A stretch of DNA of 64,000 nucleotides from an uncultured Candidatus Saccharibacteria bacterium. Lineage in GTDB: Bacteria > Patescibacteriota > Minisyncoccia > Minisyncoccales > GWA2-38-27. Shown here in pieces: positions 41,233 to 50,250 of this stretch. Location of the stretch: the NCBI GenBank assembly GCA_964493085.1, contig CAZBLV010000013.1:2033-66032 (forward strand), in the 5' to 3' direction. The notes beneath the pieces were generated by a model. That model saw only the letters and a program-made list of their open reading frames with translations, was not told the DNA's origin and made no database searches. A program made the translations under genes and the position numbers. Within the stretch, counting starts at the first letter, position 1. Each line of letters begins with the position of its first letter.

Positions 41233-41898
41233 ATGATAAAGTTTGATGTAATTACAATTTTTCCTAAGATTTTCAAGGTCTATTTTTCAGAAAGCATTAT
41301 TTCTCAAGCCCAAAAAAAAGGCCTGATTAAGATTGGCATTCATGACCTAAGAAAATGGACAGAAAACAAACACAAGACAGTTGACGACAAGCCCTTTGGC
41401 GGGGGCAGGGGCATGGTGATGAAAGTGGGTCCTATCTATAGAGCGGTAAAAGACTTGAAAAAGAAAAATAGCAAAGTAGTACTTTTCACTCCCCGGGGGA
41501 AAAAATATAATCAGAAAACAGCTACTGAATTCTGCAAAGAAAAACATTTTATCCTAATTTGCGGAAGATACGAAGCAATTGACGAAAGGGTGTCAAGGAA
41601 AATAGCTGACATTAATCTTTCAATGGGGAATTATGTTTTAATGGGCGGGGAATTGCCCGCTATGGCAGTAATAGAATCAGTTTCTAGGCTTGTCCCCGGA
41701 GTAATAGGAAAACCTGATCTTTTGAAAGAAAGAATAACCAAGAAAGGGGGCTTTATAGAATATCCCCAGTATACAAGGCCTGAAGAATTTAAGGCTTCCA
41801 AAAAAGAGAAGTGGAGAGTTCCCAAGGTCTTGTTGTCCGGAAATCATAAAGAAATAAAGGAATGGAGGGAAAAGCACAGGAAAATCATTGAAAAATAG
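41233..41898 (+). CDS. trmD: tRNA (guanine37-N1)-methyltransferase
   Basis: FDVITIFPKIF, DDKPFGGGRGMVM, ICGRYEAIDERV, GGELPAM. Confidence 0.9.
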   Translation: MIKFDVITIFPKIFKVYFSESIISQAQKKGLIKIGIHDLRKWTENKHKTVDDKPFGGGRGMVMKVGPIYRAVKDLKKKNSKVVLFTPRGKKYNQKTATEFCKEKHFILICGRYEAIDERVSRKIADINLSMGNYVLMGGELPAMAVIESVSRLVPGVIGKPDLLKERITKKGGFIEYPQYTRPEEFKASKKEKWRVPKVLLSGNHKEIKEWREKHRKIIEK

Positions 41899-41925
41899 GG
41901 GAGTTGGTGTTAATATGTTAGAGTC

Positions 41926-42008
41926 GGGCAGGTGGCAGAGTGGACTAACGCATCAGACTGTAAATCTGACGGCTTCGGCCTTCGGGGGTTCGAATCCCTC
42001 CCTGCCCA
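41926..42008 (+). tRNA. tRNA-Tyr (GUA), long variable arm
   Basis: Acceptor GGGCAGG/CCTGCCC, anticodon arm TCAGA-CTGTAAA-TCTGA, variable arm CGGCTTCGGCCTTC, T loop TTCGAAT. Confidence 0.85.
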
Positions 42009-42014
42009 CCGCTT

Positions 42015-42087
42015 GCCAAGGTAGCTCAGCTGGTAGAGCATCCCCATGGTAAGGGGAAGGTCACGAGTTCAAATCTCGTCCTTGGCT
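42015..42087 (+). tRNA. tRNA-Thr (GGU)
   Basis: Acceptor GCCAAGG/CCTTGGC, anticodon arm TCCCC-ATGGTAA-GGGGA, T arm ACGAG-TTCAAAT-CTCGT. Confidence 0.85.
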
Positions 42088-42111
42088 CATAATAATTAAA
42101 AGAAAAAACTT

Positions 42112-42273
42112 ATGGCGGTAAAGAAAAAACCTTTTGTAAAGCTTCAGTGCCAGGAGTGCAAGAATATAAACTACTTTTCTAATAAATCCAAAGGAGTAGA
42201 GGGAAAGTTAGAGCTGAAAAAGTTCTGCAAGCACTGCAGAAAGCACACCACCCATAAAGAAATCAAGAAATAG
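42112..42273 (+). CDS. rpmG: ribosomal protein L33 (not in the supplied ORF track)
   Basis: Hand translation gives [53 protein letters not shown] (53 aa, CxxC...CxxC). Confidence 0.9.
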   Translation: MAVKKKPFVKLQCQECKNINYFSNKSKGVEGKLELKKFCKHCRKHTTHKEIKK

Positions 42274-42375
42274 TTTTTTGGAGAGACTTGCCGCCTTTTT
42301 TTAGAGGCAGAATGTAGCTATGGCGCGAAAAAGACGATGTTGCTGTCCCTTCTTTAAAAAAACAATGATTAACGA

Positions 42376-42447
42376 GGGGGTATAAGCTAATTGGCAAACT
42401 GTCGGTCTCCAAAACCGATCTTCTAGGTTCGACTCCTAGTACCCCCG
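42376..42447 (+). tRNA. tRNA-Trp (CCA)
   Basis: Acceptor GGGGGTA/TACCCCC, anticodon arm TCGGT-CTCCAAA-ACCGA, T arm CTAGG-TTCGACT-CCTAG. Confidence 0.8.
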
Positions 42448-42509
42448 CATACCGTCTCTTTATGCTTTTTTTTATTTGACATCCTTTTAGGGGCAAGGTA
42501 ATGTTTAAT

Positions 42510-43043
42510 ATGGCCAGAAAATTACAAATTGGGGTAATGGGGTCTGCTTCAGACGTTAAATACAGCAAAGAAGTGGAAGAAATCGCTGAAAAAACAGGAG
42601 AACTAATTGCCCGAAAAGGAGCTGTTCTTATCTTCGGCGCGGAAAAAGAATTCGATTCTCTTTCCACAGCTGCCTGCCGGGGAGCGAAAAAGGCGAGCGG
42701 TCTGACGATTGGAATTACTTATAACAAGGGTAAAAAAGTTTTTACCGAAGATGCAGACATCATAATTCCCACAGGAATGGACGTGGGCGGCGGAAGAGAA
42801 TTTGTCTTGGGGTTAAGTTGCGATGCAATGATTGTTATTAACGGAGGGTCTGGCACTCTGAACGAAATAGCCGTTGCTTATCAGGCCAACATACCTATTA
42901 TTGCTATTAAAGGAAGCGGAGGATGGAGTGACAAGTTGGCAGGAACTTATCTGGATGAGAGGAAAAGAATCAAGATTCTGGCAGCAGAAACCCCGGAAGA
43001 AGCAGTCGATTTGGCTGTGAGATTAGGAAAGGAGAAGCAATGA
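42510..43043 (+). CDS. LOG / TIGR00725-like Rossmann-fold nucleotide-binding protein
   Basis: IGVMGSASDV at the N-terminus and a NGGSGTLNE motif, the equivalent of the LOG-family PGGxGTxxE. The first glycine-rich motif is degenerate (IFGAEKEF). Confidence 0.6.
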   Translation: MARKLQIGVMGSASDVKYSKEVEEIAEKTGELIARKGAVLIFGAEKEFDSLSTAACRGAKKASGLTIGITYNKGKKVFTEDADIIIPTGMDVGGGREFVLGLSCDAMIVINGGSGTLNEIAVAYQANIPIIAIKGSGGWSDKLAGTYLDERKRIKILAAETPEEAVDLAVRLGKEKQ

Positions 43044-43103
43044 AGAGAGCTCTTTAAAAACTAGAAAGGTTTTTTGTAACTTCGAGAAAGAAAGGATAGG
43101 AAA

Positions 43104-44105
43104 ATGCTAAAGAGTGCCAGCGGTGCGGCCGGCAAGACGTATTTGTTGACTCAGACGCTTTTTGAACATCTTTCCGCATTTAGTTGGATCGGCCTTCAGA
43201 TTCCCCCCCGAGATTTCATCGAAGAGATCGAGAAGAAGGTCGGCCAGCTTGTAGAAGAGATGTTCGCCGGGACCCAAGTCTCGGTGGAAACTCTTTCCGC
43301 TTCAGATTTATTCGGTGCGCTTGTTTCTTCTGTTCAGGACGTTAAGAAAAGCAATCCCGAACTCGTTTTCGTGAGCACTGCTCCTTTGATGGCCTACGAG
43401 GTAGAGGGAGAGTGTGTCCATCTTAATCGTCTTATTGATTGCTCGGGTGAACTTATCGGAATTGGCCCGCGTCCTGGTCATCCGAAAATAGAGGCGCAGT
43501 TGTCTTATCTTCCGAGGGGTGAAAAGAGCCTGGTTATCATTGAGGACGGATCCTTTACGGGAGGGACCATGCAGGCTCTCCTTGGGATCCTGGGCCCCGA
43601 AAGAGTTAGAACAATTGTTCTGGGCATTCTCTTTCCGAGAGCCGCTGATGTTCTTGAGAAGAATTTTGACGGTGAAGTAATCTGCAACAGGAACGAGAAG
43701 GACGATCTCATTGATTGGGTTCCTTCTCACGACTTTCTTCCTTTCATGCCTAACAACGGAAGGGTCGTCGGAAGTTTTCTGGGGAAGAGCTGTTTTCCCG
43801 TTTATCTTTATAACCATGCAAGTCTTTGTATGCCCTATATTCTTCCCTACGGCCGGCCCGAGGAATGGGCTTCCATCAGGGGAGAAAAAGCCAAGATCTG
43901 CCAGTTCAGCATACATTGTATTCAGCTGGCTCTGCAGATTTTCGAAGAGATGGAAAGAATTAACGGCAAGAAAATCACTGTTCAGGATGTGGTTTTCTCC
44001 AGTCCAAGGACCAGCCTTCCTATTGCCCCTAATCAGGGAGGATTTACCGAGCTAAGCGAGAGGGTGACATCGATTCTTTCAGAGGACATTAAGTACCTGG
44101 CCTAA
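43104..44105 (+). CDS. type I phosphoribosyltransferase-fold protein, substrate unknown
   Basis: Central PRPP-loop-like motif SLVIIEDGSFTGGTMQ, followed ~45 aa later by LIDWVPSHDF, reminiscent of the purine-PRT hood. There are unassigned ~130-aa N-terminal and ~110-aa C-terminal regions. Confidence 0.55.
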   Translation: MLKSASGAAGKTYLLTQTLFEHLSAFSWIGLQIPPRDFIEEIEKKVGQLVEEMFAGTQVSVETLSASDLFGALVSSVQDVKKSNPELVFVSTAPLMAYEVEGECVHLNRLIDCSGELIGIGPRPGHPKIEAQLSYLPRGEKSLVIIEDGSFTGGTMQALLGILGPERVRTIVLGILFPRAADVLEKNFDGEVICNRNEKDDLIDWVPSHDFLPFMPNNGRVVGSFLGKSCFPVYLYNHASLCMPYILPYGRPEEWASIRGEKAKICQFSIHCIQLALQIFEEMERINGKKITVQDVVFSSPRTSLPIAPNQGGFTELSERVTSILSEDIKYLA

Positions 44106-44127
44106 ACCGGCCCGGATTGGAGATAAG

Positions 44128-45528
44128 ATGACAAAACAGGAAAGAGTGGCGGCTATTAAGCCTGAGTTGATTGGAGGATTTCTAGATTTTCTCCCTTCGA
44201 CAATGATAGCGCGTCAAGCCATGTTAGATACTATTAGGGAAGTATATGAACGATTTGGTTTTGTTCCGCTTGAAACGCCAGCGGTTGAAAAACTTAGTGT
44301 CTTGACGGGGAATAACCCGAACTTTACGATGCTTCTTTACCGAACTGCTGTGGTGCGGGGGCTGAAAGGACTGGATCAATCCTCTTTTGAAGGAGAAGAT
44401 CAGATGGCCCTTCGTTTCGATCTAACGGTCCCCTTAGCTAGAGTAGTCTCTGCTTATCCGGATAGAATAACAAAACCTTTTAAACGGTATCAGGTGGGCA
44501 AGGTTTGGAGGGGCGAGAAACCCCAAGCCGGTCGTTTTAGAGAGTTTTATCAGTTTGATGCAGATATTGTGGGATCCCGCTCCATGATGGCGGATGCCGA
44601 AATAATCTGCCTGATGGCAGAAGTCATGAAGGCCTTGGGTCTTTCTGACTTCTTAATCAGGGTAAGCGATCGCAAAGTTCTAGAGGGGCTAAACTCTCTT
44701 CTCGGACTTACGGATGAAGCGCAGCGGACAGAGGTCATGCGTATTGTGGATAAGCGCGAGAAGGTAGGAAACGAGGAAGTAAAGATTGAGCTTTCTCGAG
44801 AGCCAGTTCACAAATATGATCCTGCTCCGAATCTTTCTTCCGAACAAGCAGATCGGGTAATGGATTTCCTGGACATTAAACAGGGCGGTGAAGAAGCCTT
44901 GGAGTCTGCAAGCAGCATAGTCGGCTCTGTGCCCATCGGGGCGAAAGGGATAGCCGAATTAAGGGAAATTGCTTCCTATCTTGATGTATTGGGTGTTTCC
45001 CGAGATAATTGGTGTATTGATCTTTCCATCGCACGGGGCTTGGATTACTATACTGGTCCAGTGTTTGAGACTACCCTGGGAGCTCTTCCTGAACTGGGAA
45101 GCGTCTATTCGGGTGGCCGGTTCGATGGTCTGACAGATCGTTTTATTCCTGGAAGCAATATACCGGGTACTGGCGCCTCTGTGGGTGTGGACCGTCTTTT
45201 CGCCGCTATGCAACAACTGGGGAAGTTCGAGGCCAAATTTACAGTAACGAAAGTTTTAATCGCTTCTCTCGATCCGAGCCTCAACAATGAGTACTTAAAG
45301 ATCGTGAAAGAGTTAAGAGAGGCTGGAATCCCCTCAGAAGTATACTTGGCTGAAGACCCCCTAAAGAAGCAGCTTGGCTACGCTGCTAAGAAAAGAATTC
45401 CCTTTATGATTATTCTTGGCCCTGACGAGTTCTCAAAGGGCGTGGTTGCCCTCAGAAACATGGACACCCGCTCCCAAGAAACAATGGGGCGCGAGGCCTT
45501 GACAGACAGACTGAAACAGGTAATATAA
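44128..45528 (+). CDS. hisS: histidyl-tRNA synthetase
   Basis: Motif 2 is GRFREFYQFDADIVG. Further motifs: GLDYYTGPVFE, GGRFDGL, and motif 3 GTGASVGVDRL. A C-terminal anticodon-binding domain is present. The N-terminal signature reads GGFLDFLP. Confidence 0.85.
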   Translation: MTKQERVAAIKPELIGGFLDFLPSTMIARQAMLDTIREVYERFGFVPLETPAVEKLSVLTGNNPNFTMLLYRTAVVRGLKGLDQSSFEGEDQMALRFDLTVPLARVVSAYPDRITKPFKRYQVGKVWRGEKPQAGRFREFYQFDADIVGSRSMMADAEIICLMAEVMKALGLSDFLIRVSDRKVLEGLNSLLGLTDEAQRTEVMRIVDKREKVGNEEVKIELSREPVHKYDPAPNLSSEQADRVMDFLDIKQGGEEALESASSIVGSVPIGAKGIAELREIASYLDVLGVSRDNWCIDLSIARGLDYYTGPVFETTLGALPELGSVYSGGRFDGLTDRFIPGSNIPGTGASVGVDRLFAAMQQLGKFEAKFTVTKVLIASLDPSLNNEYLKIVKELREAGIPSEVYLAEDPLKKQLGYAAKKRIPFMIILGPDEFSKGVVALRNMDTRSQETMGREALTDRLKQVI

Positions 45529-45563
45529 GCGAAGAACCTTTTCAAAACAAATAAGACGCAAGC

Positions 45564-45636
45564 GGGTACGTAACTCAACTGGGAGAGTACTGGATTGTGG
45601 ATCCAGGTGTTGCGGGTTCGAATCCCGTCGTACCCC
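45564..45636 (+). tRNA. tRNA-His (GUG), no genomically encoded G-1
   Basis: Acceptor GGGTACG/CGTACCC, D arm ACTC-AACTGGGA-GAGT, anticodon arm CTGGA-TTGTGGA-TCCAG, T arm GCGGG-TTCGAAT-CCCGT. Position 73 is C and position -1 (45563) is C. Confidence 0.8.
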
Positions 45637-45645
45637 GTTTGCTAA

Positions 45646-45681
45646 AGGGTGATATCTATTGATGTCACCCTCTTTTTTTTT
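45646..45681 (+). terminator. rho-independent terminator after tRNA-His
   Basis: AGGGTGA-(12-nt loop)-TCACCCT followed by a T-run of about 10 nt. Confidence 0.8.
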
Positions 45682-45725
45682 ATTGTTTTTAGGGTTAATT
45701 AATGATATTCTAAATTATTAGAGCT

Positions 45726-46913
45726 ATGGACAAAGTTCAAGAAATTATTAAAGAAGTGAGAAAAAACGGAGACAAGGCTGTGAAGAAATATACAGCTGTT
45801 TTTGATAAGGTAGAATTAGATAGATTTAAAGTAACCCGGAAAGACATAAAAAGAGCATACAAAGAAACGGGCCAAGAGGCAATTACGGCGCTGAAAGAGG
45901 CGGCCTCTAATATTAAAGAATTTGCCAGGAGGCAGTCTAAGGGGCTTAAAGACTTTGAATATCAAAAAAACGGAGTCACTTTGGGTCAAAAGATAGTCCC
46001 TCTCGAGAGAGTGGGGGTTTATGCCCCGGGAGGCAGATATCCTTTGCCCTCTACTGCCTTAATGGGGGTGATCCCGGCTAAGGTCGCAGGAGTAAAAGAT
46101 GTTATAGTCTGCTCTCCTAAGATAAAAGCTGTCACCATAGTGGCCTCAGATCTGGCAGGGGCAGAGGAAATCTATAACATAGGAGGCGTTCAGGCAATAG
46201 CCGCTATGGCCTACGGAACAGAGAGTATACCTAAAGTTGATAAGGTGGTGGGGCCTGGGAACGAGTATGTGACTGCCGCCAAAAAAGAAATATTCGGAGA
46301 CTGCGGAATAGATCTTTTGGCAGGCCCCAGCGAGGTTTTAATAATTGCAGACCAAGGGGCAGATTACAAGATAATAGCGGCTGATTTACTGGCTCAAGCA
46401 GAGCATGACGTGAAAGCTAAAATAATTCTTGTTTCAGATTCTGCCTCTTTGCTAAAAGAAGTAGAGGGGGAATTAAAAAATCAGCTGAAGAATATAGACA
46501 CCAGAGAGGTGGCCGGACCTTCCCTTGCTAATAAAAGGTTTGTAAAGGTAAAAAACATAGAAAAAGCCGTTGATGTGGCTAATGAAATTGCCCCCGAGCA
46601 CCTGGAGCTGCAAGTTAAAAGCCCAAAGAAGTATCTTAATAAATTAAAGAATTATGGATCTTTGTTTTTAGGAAAGTATTCAGGCGTGGTTTTTGGAGAT
46701 TACTGTTCGGGGACAAATCACATTCTGCCCACCGGAGGATCTGCTAAGTTTACGGGAGGACTCTCCGTTAAGGGATTCCTTAAAATATTAACTTATCAGC
46801 AATTGCAAAAAAGGGGCGGCGAAAGGTTAGCCGAGACCGCCAAAAAACTTGCTTCCGTAGAAGGGCTTTCCGCTCACAAAAAATCTGTAGAAATCAGGTT
46901 TGATCATGAATAA
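45726..46913 (+). CDS. hisD: histidinol dehydrogenase family protein
   Basis: [56 protein letters not shown]. Confidence 0.85.
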   Translation: MDKVQEIIKEVRKNGDKAVKKYTAVFDKVELDRFKVTRKDIKRAYKETGQEAITALKEAASNIKEFARRQSKGLKDFEYQKNGVTLGQKIVPLERVGVYAPGGRYPLPSTALMGVIPAKVAGVKDVIVCSPKIKAVTIVASDLAGAEEIYNIGGVQAIAAMAYGTESIPKVDKVVGPGNEYVTAAKKEIFGDCGIDLLAGPSEVLIIADQGADYKIIAADLLAQAEHDVKAKIILVSDSASLLKEVEGELKNQLKNIDTREVAGPSLANKRFVKVKNIEKAVDVANEIAPEHLELQVKSPKKYLNKLKNYGSLFLGKYSGVVFGDYCSGTNHILPTGGSAKFTGGLSVKGFLKILTYQQLQKRGGERLAETAKKLASVEGLSAHKKSVEIRFDHE

Positions 46914-47403
46914 TCTCAAGATTAGAAAATTTAACGATCCCATTCTTAGAGAAAAGGCCCAGCTGGTTGAGAAAGTGGATAAAGGAATAAAAGAACTGGC
47001 TTCTCAAATGACGAAGATAATGCTAGAGAATGAAGGGATAGGGCTGGCCGCTCCTCAGGTTGGGATTAGCAAAAAGTTAATTGTTGTTGCCGCCAATCCC
47101 GAGAAGGGAGAGGTTTTTGCTTTAATCAATCCTCGCGTTATCAGGAAAAGCAAGCAAAAGATAAAAGGAGAAGAAGGATGTTTAAGTTTTCCCGACATAT
47201 TCTTAGAGATAAAAAGGAGTAGGGAAATAGAGATGGAGGGGATGAATCTTAACGGGGAGAACGTGGGTTTTACGGCGAAAGATCTCTTGGCTCGCGTGCT
47301 TCAGCATGAGACTGACCATACCAACGGCATCCTGTTTTTCAACCGGCTGTCTTTATGGGGGAAGATTTTGTTTAAACTGCGCCATCTCTCAATAAAATTT
47401 TAA
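46906..47403 (+). CDS. def: peptide deformylase
   Basis: GIGLAAPQVG, EGCLSFP, HETDH. Confidence 0.9.
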   Translation: MNNLKIRKFNDPILREKAQLVEKVDKGIKELASQMTKIMLENEGIGLAAPQVGISKKLIVVAANPEKGEVFALINPRVIRKSKQKIKGEEGCLSFPDIFLEIKRSREIEMEGMNLNGENVGFTAKDLLARVLQHETDHTNGILFFNRLSLWGKILFKLRHLSIKF

Positions 47404-47404
47404 C

Positions 47405-48031
47405 ATGAGCGAGTTGATAGATTCTTTAATTGAAGAGGGATGGCTTAAGAGTCCGGAAATCATAGAGGCTTTTGAAAAAATAAAAAGAAAAGACTTTATG
47501 CCTCCTGAAATGAAAGAAATGGCAGAGATAAACGAAGCCCTGCCTATTGGTCAAGGACAGACAATCTCCCAGCCCTTGGTAGTCGCTTTCATGATAGAGA
47601 AGTTAAAGCCGGCCAAGGGGCATAATATTTTAGACATAGGGTCGGGATCCGGCTGGACTACGGGCCTTCTTTCCTATATCGCGGGAAAAGAAGGGAGGGT
47701 AACAGCTTTGGAATTATTGCCCGAACTAAAAGAATTTGGAGAAAGCAATCTGAAGAAATACAGCTTTATCAAAAAAGGAATAGCAAGCTTTGTCTGCCGA
47801 GATGGGTCTAGGGGATTCGAAGAAAAAGCGCCCTTTGACAGGATACTTGTCTCAGCATCAGTTCAGGGAGAAATTCCCAATTCTTGGAAAAACCAGCTGA
47901 AAAAAGGAGGTAGAATAGTTGCTCCGGTAGGAAGTTCTATCATGGTTTTAGAAAAAGAAAACAATAACAGCTTTAAAAAAGAGGAATATCCGGGCTTTGC
48001 CTTTGTTCCTCTTGTCTCCAAAAATGAATAA
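47405..48031 (+). CDS. pcm: protein-L-isoaspartate O-methyltransferase
   Basis: QTISQPLVVAFMIE and the SAM motif LDIGSGSGWTT. Confidence 0.85.
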   Translation: MSELIDSLIEEGWLKSPEIIEAFEKIKRKDFMPPEMKEMAEINEALPIGQGQTISQPLVVAFMIEKLKPAKGHNILDIGSGSGWTTGLLSYIAGKEGRVTALELLPELKEFGESNLKKYSFIKKGIASFVCRDGSRGFEEKAPFDRILVSASVQGEIPNSWKNQLKKGGRIVAPVGSSIMVLEKENNNSFKKEEYPGFAFVPLVSKNE

Positions 48032-49043
48032 AGCATATATTATTTTTTTATTAACAGCGACAGGCCTTTTTGCTTTTTTGGCTCAAGGCATTTATTTTCC
48101 CTTAAATAAAGATCAGACAGAAACTCAGGAAATAATGATTGAAAAAGGCCAAGGAGGAAAAGAAATTGCCAAAATTCTGCAAGAACGGGAGATTATTAAA
48201 TGGGCTCCTTTTTTCCGAATTTACGTCTTGACTATGGGGCACCAAGGAAGCCTAAAGGCAGGAAGGTATGAACTTAGTCCCTCTATGAACATTCCAGAAA
48301 TCGCAGAAAAAATGATCAAGGGCATAGTTGTCAGGAAAAAGATAATCATTGTTGAAGGATGGAATTTAAGGGATATAGGCCGGTATTTAGAAAACAAAGA
48401 AGTAGTCCAAGCAGAAGAGTTTTTTGGATTGGCGGGTGATCATTCTAAAGCGGCAAATTTGCTGAAGCAAGGTGATTTTGAATACCCCTTTCTTTCCGAC
48501 AAGCCGGACAACTTAGGGCTGGAGGGATATCTTTTTCCAGATACCTATGAGATTTTGCCCGGCGAAGGGGCAGAGGGCCTTATTGCCAGGGCTTTGGACA
48601 ATTTCAACAAGAAGGTTTGCCAAAAACTTAAAGAAGAAATTAATTCTCAAGAGAAAACGCTTTTTGAGATAATAACAATGGCTTCTTTAATAGAAAAAGA
48701 AGTAAGGGAAGAAGAGGACAAAAGACTGGTCTCCGGTCTTTTGTGGAAAAGAATTGAAGCCGGCATGCCCCTTCAGGTTGACGCCACCATCGCTTATTTA
48801 ACAGGAAAAAGAACTACTAAGGTTTCCAAAGAGGAAACCCAGATAGACTCTCCTTTTAACACTTACAAATACAAAGGCTTGCCTGCGGGGCCTATTTGCA
48901 ATCCGGGCCTTGAAAGCATTAGGGCCTCTCTCAATCCTCAAGAAAGCCCTTACTGGTATTATTTGTCCACTCCTGAGGGAAAAACTATTTTCAGCAGAAA
49001 CCTACAGGAACATAATGCAGCCAAAGCAAAATACCTAAAATAA
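48024..49043 (+). CDS. mltG: endolytic murein transglycosylase (YceG family)
   Basis: ATG 48024, an N-terminal TM helix, and the motifs MASLIEKEV, SPFNTYKYKGLPAGPICNPG. Confidence 0.85.
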   Translation: MNKAYIIFLLTATGLFAFLAQGIYFPLNKDQTETQEIMIEKGQGGKEIAKILQEREIIKWAPFFRIYVLTMGHQGSLKAGRYELSPSMNIPEIAEKMIKGIVVRKKIIIVEGWNLRDIGRYLENKEVVQAEEFFGLAGDHSKAANLLKQGDFEYPFLSDKPDNLGLEGYLFPDTYEILPGEGAEGLIARALDNFNKKVCQKLKEEINSQEKTLFEIITMASLIEKEVREEEDKRLVSGLLWKRIEAGMPLQVDATIAYLTGKRTTKVSKEETQIDSPFNTYKYKGLPAGPICNPGLESIRASLNPQESPYWYYLSTPEGKTIFSRNLQEHNAAKAKYLK

Positions 49044-49077
49044 TTTTGTTTGATATTTAATAATTGCTATAATAACA

Positions 49078-49599
49078 ATGATGCCTAAGATTGCCGAAAT
49101 AATTTCTTTTAAGGATTTTCGGGATGAAGAATATTTCATACCCAAGCAGGAATTTGAAAAAGCAGGATTTAAAGTGACGACAATAAGCACAAAGAAAGGC
49201 AAGGCGCTTGGGAAGCTGGGCGGGGAAACAGAAAGCACCCTTTTAATAGAAGACGTTAATATTGAAGATTTTGATGCTTTGGTTTTTGTGGGGGGCCCGG
49301 GCGCCCATAAGAATATAGACGACGAAAGATTCCACAAGCTGGCAAAAGCGGGACTGGAAAAAGGCAAAATTGTCGCTGCTATCTGCATAGCTCCTGCGAT
49401 ATTGGCTAAGGCAGGACTACTGAAAAACAGAAAAGCTACGGTTTGGGCCAGCAACATGGATAAATCTGCGGTTAGAATATTAGAACGGGAGGGGGCAGAC
49501 TATGCGAAAAAAGCCGTTGTCAGAGACAAGAATATTATCACAGCTTCCGGTCCGGGCGCAGCTAAAGACTTTGCCTTAGAAGTAATAAATGCTTTATGA
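49078..49599 (+). CDS. DJ-1/PfpI family protein
   Basis: ALVFVGGPG; nucleophile elbow AAICIAPAILAKAGLL. Confidence 0.8.
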   Translation: MMPKIAEIISFKDFRDEEYFIPKQEFEKAGFKVTTISTKKGKALGKLGGETESTLLIEDVNIEDFDALVFVGGPGAHKNIDDERFHKLAKAGLEKGKIVAAICIAPAILAKAGLLKNRKATVWASNMDKSAVRILEREGADYAKKAVVRDKNIITASGPGAAKDFALEVINAL

Positions 49600-50249
49600 A
49601 CAGCGAGTTCGACATTGTGGCCAATCTTCCCTTGATGATATTTGCCTTTTTCTTTTTATTGGTCTTTATTATTTTTATTGCCGCCGGGATTATTCTTTTG
49701 ACAGCTAAAGACGACCTGGTGAAAAGAGAAAAGGGCAGAAAAACTTTATTAACCGGCTTTTTCTCTTTTTTGGTTCTTTTGGCGATTGTGGCGGTTTTTT
49801 ACGGAGTAACTTATTTTCTAAAAAGAGGAGAAGTTTTTAGGCCGGAAATGTCAACAGGAGAAATGCCGTCTTCTCCTGCCATTAATTTTCCTCCTTCCAA
49901 GGGGGTGGTAAAAATAGGGAATTACTATTTTGACGGTCCTTGGCCCTGGGAAGAAGCTCCTGCTCCTCAAGAACCTGCTCTTTATGCTGTAATCTGCAAA
50001 GAAGAGGGCCAAGACAGGATTTTGGGAATAGGGGAGGCCGACGGACATGACAGCTTTTATTCCGGAGAGGATACTCAGTGCTGGTCAGACAACTGCAGAA
50101 CCATGGCAAATGGCTTATATCTGGCAGTCTTTTGGATTCCCCAGGATTACGGGGCCCAGGCCGGAAGAAGCATTAGAGAGGGAATAATAAGGGAAATTAA
50201 TCCTCCATGCTCCAGCTTAGAAGAGGCCGGAGCCGCTGGAGAAAAGTAA
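49596..50249 (+). CDS. hypothetical membrane protein
   Basis: Two N-terminal TM helices and a small Cys-containing C-terminal domain. No motif recognised. Confidence 0.5.
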   Translation: MNSEFDIVANLPLMIFAFFFLLVFIIFIAAGIILLTAKDDLVKREKGRKTLLTGFFSFLVLLAIVAVFYGVTYFLKRGEVFRPEMSTGEMPSSPAINFPPSKGVVKIGNYYFDGPWPWEEAPAPQEPALYAVICKEEGQDRILGIGEADGHDSFYSGEDTQCWSDNCRTMANGLYLAVFWIPQDYGAQAGRSIREGIIREINPPCSSLEEAGAAGEK

Positions 50250-50250
50250 A

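Larger units (their letters stand above)
42448..45681 (+). other. GC-enriched four-gene unit (LOG-like, PRTase-fold, hisS, tRNA-His) bounded by tRNA-Trp and a terminator
   Basis: Sampled lines are ~42-58% GC, against ~27-45% elsewhere. It has a single promoter (TTGACA 42476-42481, 17 nt, TAATGT 42499-42504), short intergenic gaps and a single terminator. Confidence 0.4.

Noticed and set aside
42274-42375. The 100-nt gap between rpmG and tRNA-Trp as a possible small RNA or terminator.
   Set aside because: Only weak 4-bp pairings were found by eye. There is no convincing hairpin, promoter or conserved-looking motif.
43308-43916. A 202-aa minus-strand ORF, and the 43711-44055 plus-strand ORF, inside the PRTase-fold gene.
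   Set aside because: They are shadow ORFs in a GC-enriched gene. The frame containing the PRPP-loop motif is the coherent one and runs the full 333 aa with a Shine-Dalgarno upstream.
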